Part shown: positions 60,907-64,000 of the stretch, piece after piece | How positions within the stretch are numbered: the first letter of the stretch is position 1 | Layout: each line of letters starts with the position of its first letter | Source of the DNA: Syntrophales bacterium | GTDB lineage: Bacteria > Desulfobacterota > Syntrophia > Syntrophales > UBA2210 | Direction: 5' to 3' | Assembly: GCA_963662405.2 (NCBI GenBank) | Contig: CAXXKT010000001.1 | Span: 832,001 to 896,000 of the forward strand | Length of the DNA: 64,000 bases | Program-made: the position numbers and the translations under genes | The notes under the pieces: model-generated | Database searches by the model: none | What the model was told of the DNA's origin: nothing | The model's input: the letters and a program-made list of their open reading frames with translations, nothing else

Positions 60907-62469
60907 ATGAGCAGGATACGAAAGGCACTGATAAGCGTCACGGACAAAACGGGGATTGTTGATTTTGCCCGGGGGTTGAAGGGATTTGAGGTGGAGATAC
61001 TCTCTACGGGGGGGACGGCCGCACAACTGAGGGAGGCTGGAATTGACGTCACCGATGTTTCCGACTACACGGGGTTCCCGGAGATGATGGACGGGAGGCT
61101 GAAGACCCTCCATCCGAAGATCCACGGCGGTCTTCTCGCCCTCCGGGACAATGAGGGGCATATGCAGGCGGCCGGGGAACACAACATCGAGATGATCGAC
61201 ATGGTCGTCATCAATCTCTATCGCTTCGAGGATACGGTCGCGAAAGAGGGGTGCTCGCTGGAAGAGGCCGTCGAGAATATCGATATCGGCGGCCCCACCA
61301 TGCTGCGGGCGGCGGCGAAGAACCACCGCTTTGTCTCCGTGGTGACCGACCCGGCGGATTATCCCCGGATCATCGAGGAGATGAAACAGACAGGGGGAAC
61401 TATCGCCGAGGCGACCAATTTCGCCCTCGCAACGAAAACCTTCCAGCTCACGGCGCGCTATGACGGTGCCATCTCGAATTACCTCGGAACCATGGAAACG
61501 GGGAAGAAGATCAAGAAATTTCCCGACACCTTCACCCTGCAGTTCGACCGGGCACAGGAACTCCGGTACGGGGAAAACCCCCACCAGGACGCGGCGTTTT
61601 ACCGGGCGAAGAACGCCCCTGTTTCTTCCATCTCCATGGCGCGGCAGCTCCACGGCAAGGAATTGTCGTACAACAATATCATGGACAGCGATGCGGCGTG
61701 GCAGATGGCGTGCGATTTCGATATCCCGGCCGCGGTCATCATGAAGCACTCGAATCCCTGCGGCGCGGCCACGTCCGACGGGAGTCTGAAGGATGCGTAC
61801 GTCAAGGCCATGGCGACCGATCCGGTATCGGCCTTCGGGGGAATCGTCAGCTTCAACCGTCCCGTGGACAAGGAGACGGCGGAAGAGCTTGCCAAGACCT
61901 TCCTGGAGGTCATTATCGCCCCCGGCTTCGACCAGGATGCTATCGACATACTGACCGGCAAGAAAAATGTGCGGCTTCTGGAAATCTCGGAACCGGGAAC
62001 GGGTCGGCCGGCTGACCTCGATTTCAGGAGGGTTGTGGGCGGACTCCTCGTCCAGGATCGTGATCCGGGGAGGGACGACATCATGCAGGCAAAGGTGGTG
62101 ACCAAGCGGGCACCTACGGCGGAGGAGTATCAGGGTCTCGATTTCGCCTGGCGGGTGGTCAAGAGCGTCAAGTCCAACGCCATCGTCTTCGCCACGAAGG
62201 ATCAGCTGGTCGGCGTAGGAGCGGGGCAGATGAGTCGGGTGGATTCCGTTACCATCGCAAAGATGAAGGCAAACCTCCCCACAGAGGGGACGGTCCTTGC
62301 CTCCGATGCCTTCTTCCCCTTCAGGGACGGAGTCGATATGGCGGCAAAGGCAGGCGTCACGGCCATCGTACAGCCCGGCGGATCGATCCGTGACGAAGAG
62401 GCGATACAGGCCGCGGATGAGCACGGTATTGCCATGATCTTCACCGGTACACGCCACTTCAGGCACTAG
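60907..62469 (+). CDS. purH: Bifunctional AICAR transformylase / IMP cyclohydrolase
   Basis: [37 protein letters not shown]. Confidence 0.97.
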   Translation: MSRIRKALISVTDKTGIVDFARGLKGFEVEILSTGGTAAQLREAGIDVTDVSDYTGFPEMMDGRLKTLHPKIHGGLLALRDNEGHMQAAGEHNIEMIDMVVINLYRFEDTVAKEGCSLEEAVENIDIGGPTMLRAAAKNHRFVSVVTDPADYPRIIEEMKQTGGTIAEATNFALATKTFQLTARYDGAISNYLGTMETGKKIKKFPDTFTLQFDRAQELRYGENPHQDAAFYRAKNAPVSSISMARQLHGKELSYNNIMDSDAAWQMACDFDIPAAVIMKHSNPCGAATSDGSLKDAYVKAMATDPVSAFGGIVSFNRPVDKETAEELAKTFLEVIIAPGFDQDAIDILTGKKNVRLLEISEPGTGRPADLDFRRVVGGLLVQDRDPGRDDIMQAKVVTKRAPTAEEYQGLDFAWRVVKSVKSNAIVFATKDQLVGVGAGQMSRVDSVTIAKMKANLPTEGTVLASDAFFPFRDGVDMAAKAGVTAIVQPGGSIRDEEAIQAADEHGIAMIFTGTRHFRH

Positions 62470-62519
62470 CGCGCACTGAAAGCAGCCGGTCGGACAATCT
62501 CGAAAAGGGAGCAAACGAA

Positions 62520-63017
62520 ATGAAAGAGAAAGCCCTGGTCAGTATCGTCATGGGGAGTGATTCCGACCTCTCCGTTATGGAGAAGGCGGCAACCGTTCTC
62601 GGGGAGTTTGATATCTCCCATGAATGGTTCCTGACATCCGCTCACCGCTCACCGGAGCGGACGACGCGATTTGCTGCCCAGGCCGCCGAGCGTGGCATCA
62701 AGGTCATTATCGTGGGGGCGGGGATGGCGGCGCACCTCGCCGGTGTTATCGCGTCACAGACACCCCTGCCCGTCATCGGTGTCCCGCTCGATTCATCCGC
62801 CTCTTCCCTGGGTGGGTTCGACGCGCTTCTCTCAACGGTTCAGATGCCGGGAGGAATCCCCGTGGCCACCATGGCAATCGGGGAGGCGGGGGCAAAAAAC
62901 GCCGCCCTGATGGCGATTCGGATCCTTGCCCTGAGTGATGAGAATCTCCTTAAAGAGTTGGGTGCCTATACGAAGAAGATGGCCGATACGGTCGAAAGAA
63001 AACAGCAGGAGCTGTAA
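62520..63017 (+). CDS. purE: N5-CAIR mutase
   Basis: MGSDSD, SAHRSP, AGMAAHL, QMPGGIPVAT. Confidence 0.96.
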   Translation: MKEKALVSIVMGSDSDLSVMEKAATVLGEFDISHEWFLTSAHRSPERTTRFAAQAAERGIKVIIVGAGMAAHLAGVIASQTPLPVIGVPLDSSASSLGGFDALLSTVQMPGGIPVATMAIGEAGAKNAALMAIRILALSDENLLKELGAYTKKMADTVERKQQEL

Positions 63018-63046
63018 CTTCCTGTCCGCATGCATGGCGGCACGCT

Positions 63047-63685
63047 ATGACCCTTGTTATCACACCAGATCCGGACGGATCATCAATCGTGACGGCGGTG
63101 AGAATCGTCGCGAGGGGAGGGGTTATCGCCTATCCCACCGAGACCTTTTACGGCCTGGGGGCGGACATCCGAAACGACCAAGCCGTGGAGAGACTCTATG
63201 CCATCAAGGGAAGGAGCTTCGATAAGCCCATCTCCATCATCATCGGGAGCCACGACGATCTGCCGCGTTTTGCAGAGACGATCACCCCTTCGGCTGAGAT
63301 TCTCATGAAACAGTTCTGGCCGGGGGGGGTCACCCTGCTCTTTCAGGCATCCCCGGCTATCCCCAAGAGATTAACGGCGGGGACCGGGAAGGTCGGCATC
63401 CGCCTGTCCAGTGATCCGGTCGCTACAATCCTTGCCAAAAATCTGGCCGGTGCCATTACCACCACGAGCGCCAACCGGTCCGGAGAAAGAGAATGCGCCT
63501 CGGCCCGAGAGGTCATCGAGAATATTGGAGGAGAGGTGGATGCGGTGCTTGACTGGGGAAGGACACCGGGAGGGGCGGGGTCCACCATCGTCGATACCAC
63601 TATTGACCCGCCGGTGATCATCCGGGAAGGCATCGTACCATCGGCGGAGATATCCCGATGGATCGGGATCGTCCGGGGATCATAG
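63047..63685 (+). CDS. tsaC: L-threonylcarbamoyladenylate synthase (YrdC/Sua5)
   Basis: PTETFYGL, KGR, TSANRSG, STIVD. Confidence 0.92.
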   Translation: MTLVITPDPDGSSIVTAVRIVARGGVIAYPTETFYGLGADIRNDQAVERLYAIKGRSFDKPISIIIGSHDDLPRFAETITPSAEILMKQFWPGGVTLLFQASPAIPKRLTAGTGKVGIRLSSDPVATILAKNLAGAITTTSANRSGERECASAREVIENIGGEVDAVLDWGRTPGGAGSTIVDTTIDPPVIIREGIVPSAEISRWIGIVRGS

Positions 63686-63711
63686 CAAAACGATAGACCG
63701 GTAATGTATCT

Positions 63712-64000
63712 TTATCCCCGACAGACCTGCGCAAAGGCGGTGAGATTCTTTTCTTCCCCCAGGGCAATCAGCTTATCTCCCGATTGAATGACGTATGACG
63801 CTACCGGATTAAACACCATCTGTCCAGTCTCCTTCATGATGGCGACCACGATCAGACCGTATCTCTTTCGCAGGTCCGATGCCTCCAAGGTCTTACCGAC
63901 AACCGGTGCCGTCTCATGGATATAGAGTTCTTCCATCCGGAGCTCGAGACTCTGGCGTCCTGTGGTAATCTCGATGAAATCCAGCATAGCGGGTCGCAGG
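63712..64000 (-). CDS. Potassium channel/TrkA-C (RCK_C) protein, 3' part only
   Basis: LRKRYGLIVVAI...FNP...GDKLIALG; the 5' part lies outside the window. Confidence 0.85.
   Translation of the reverse strand, partial: LRPAMLDFIEITTGRQSLELRMEELYIHETAPVVGKTLEASDLRKRYGLIVVAIMKETGQMVFNPVASYVIQSGDKLIALGEEKNLTAFAQVCRG

Noticed and set aside
60289..62514. Long antisense ORFs (741 aa here; also 33769-35127, 54216-55409, 51632-52810, 2606-3703)
   Set aside because: They are shadow frames opposite well-supported genes in GC-rich DNA and have no recognisable motifs.

Overview
GC-rich bacterial chromosome segment. Gene content (sigma54 two-component system, TIGR03960 radical SAM-rng, fhs, type III glutamine synthetase, IPTL-CTERM proteins) suggests an anaerobic deltaproteobacterium, Desulfobacterota/Syntrophales-like; this is an inference. 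Most of the window is housekeeping or metabolic: cobB, mdh, purU, fhs, rng, tag, threonine ammonia-lyase, cls, purD-purH-purE-tsaC, tRNA-Ala(GGC) and tRNA-Leu(CAA). The unusual signal is non-coding and lies mostly at 39.4-40.9 kb and 45.9-51.9 kb. (1) A ~160-bp minus-strand element occurs three times, with a promoter and an SD-AUG-NNN-UGA minigene; two copies also have a terminator. (2) A ~280-315-nt multi-stem candidate ncRNA has its own promoter and a boxA-like motif. (3) An AT-rich pair encodes an HU variant and a membrane protein. (4) The gap between convergent tag and ilvA appears stacked three times with duplicated gene 3' ends and different cargo: an IPTL-CTERM gene; an IS110 with a structured 5' non-coding region plus an integron-cassette-like GIY-YIG gene; and a DUF4405 gene. 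Also notable are an IPTL-CTERM gene interrupted by an in-frame UGA, a frameshifted M24 peptidase, a signal-peptide-bearing cNMP-binding protein and an orphan sigma54 transcript. Family calls come from motif recognition by eye; no searches were run.
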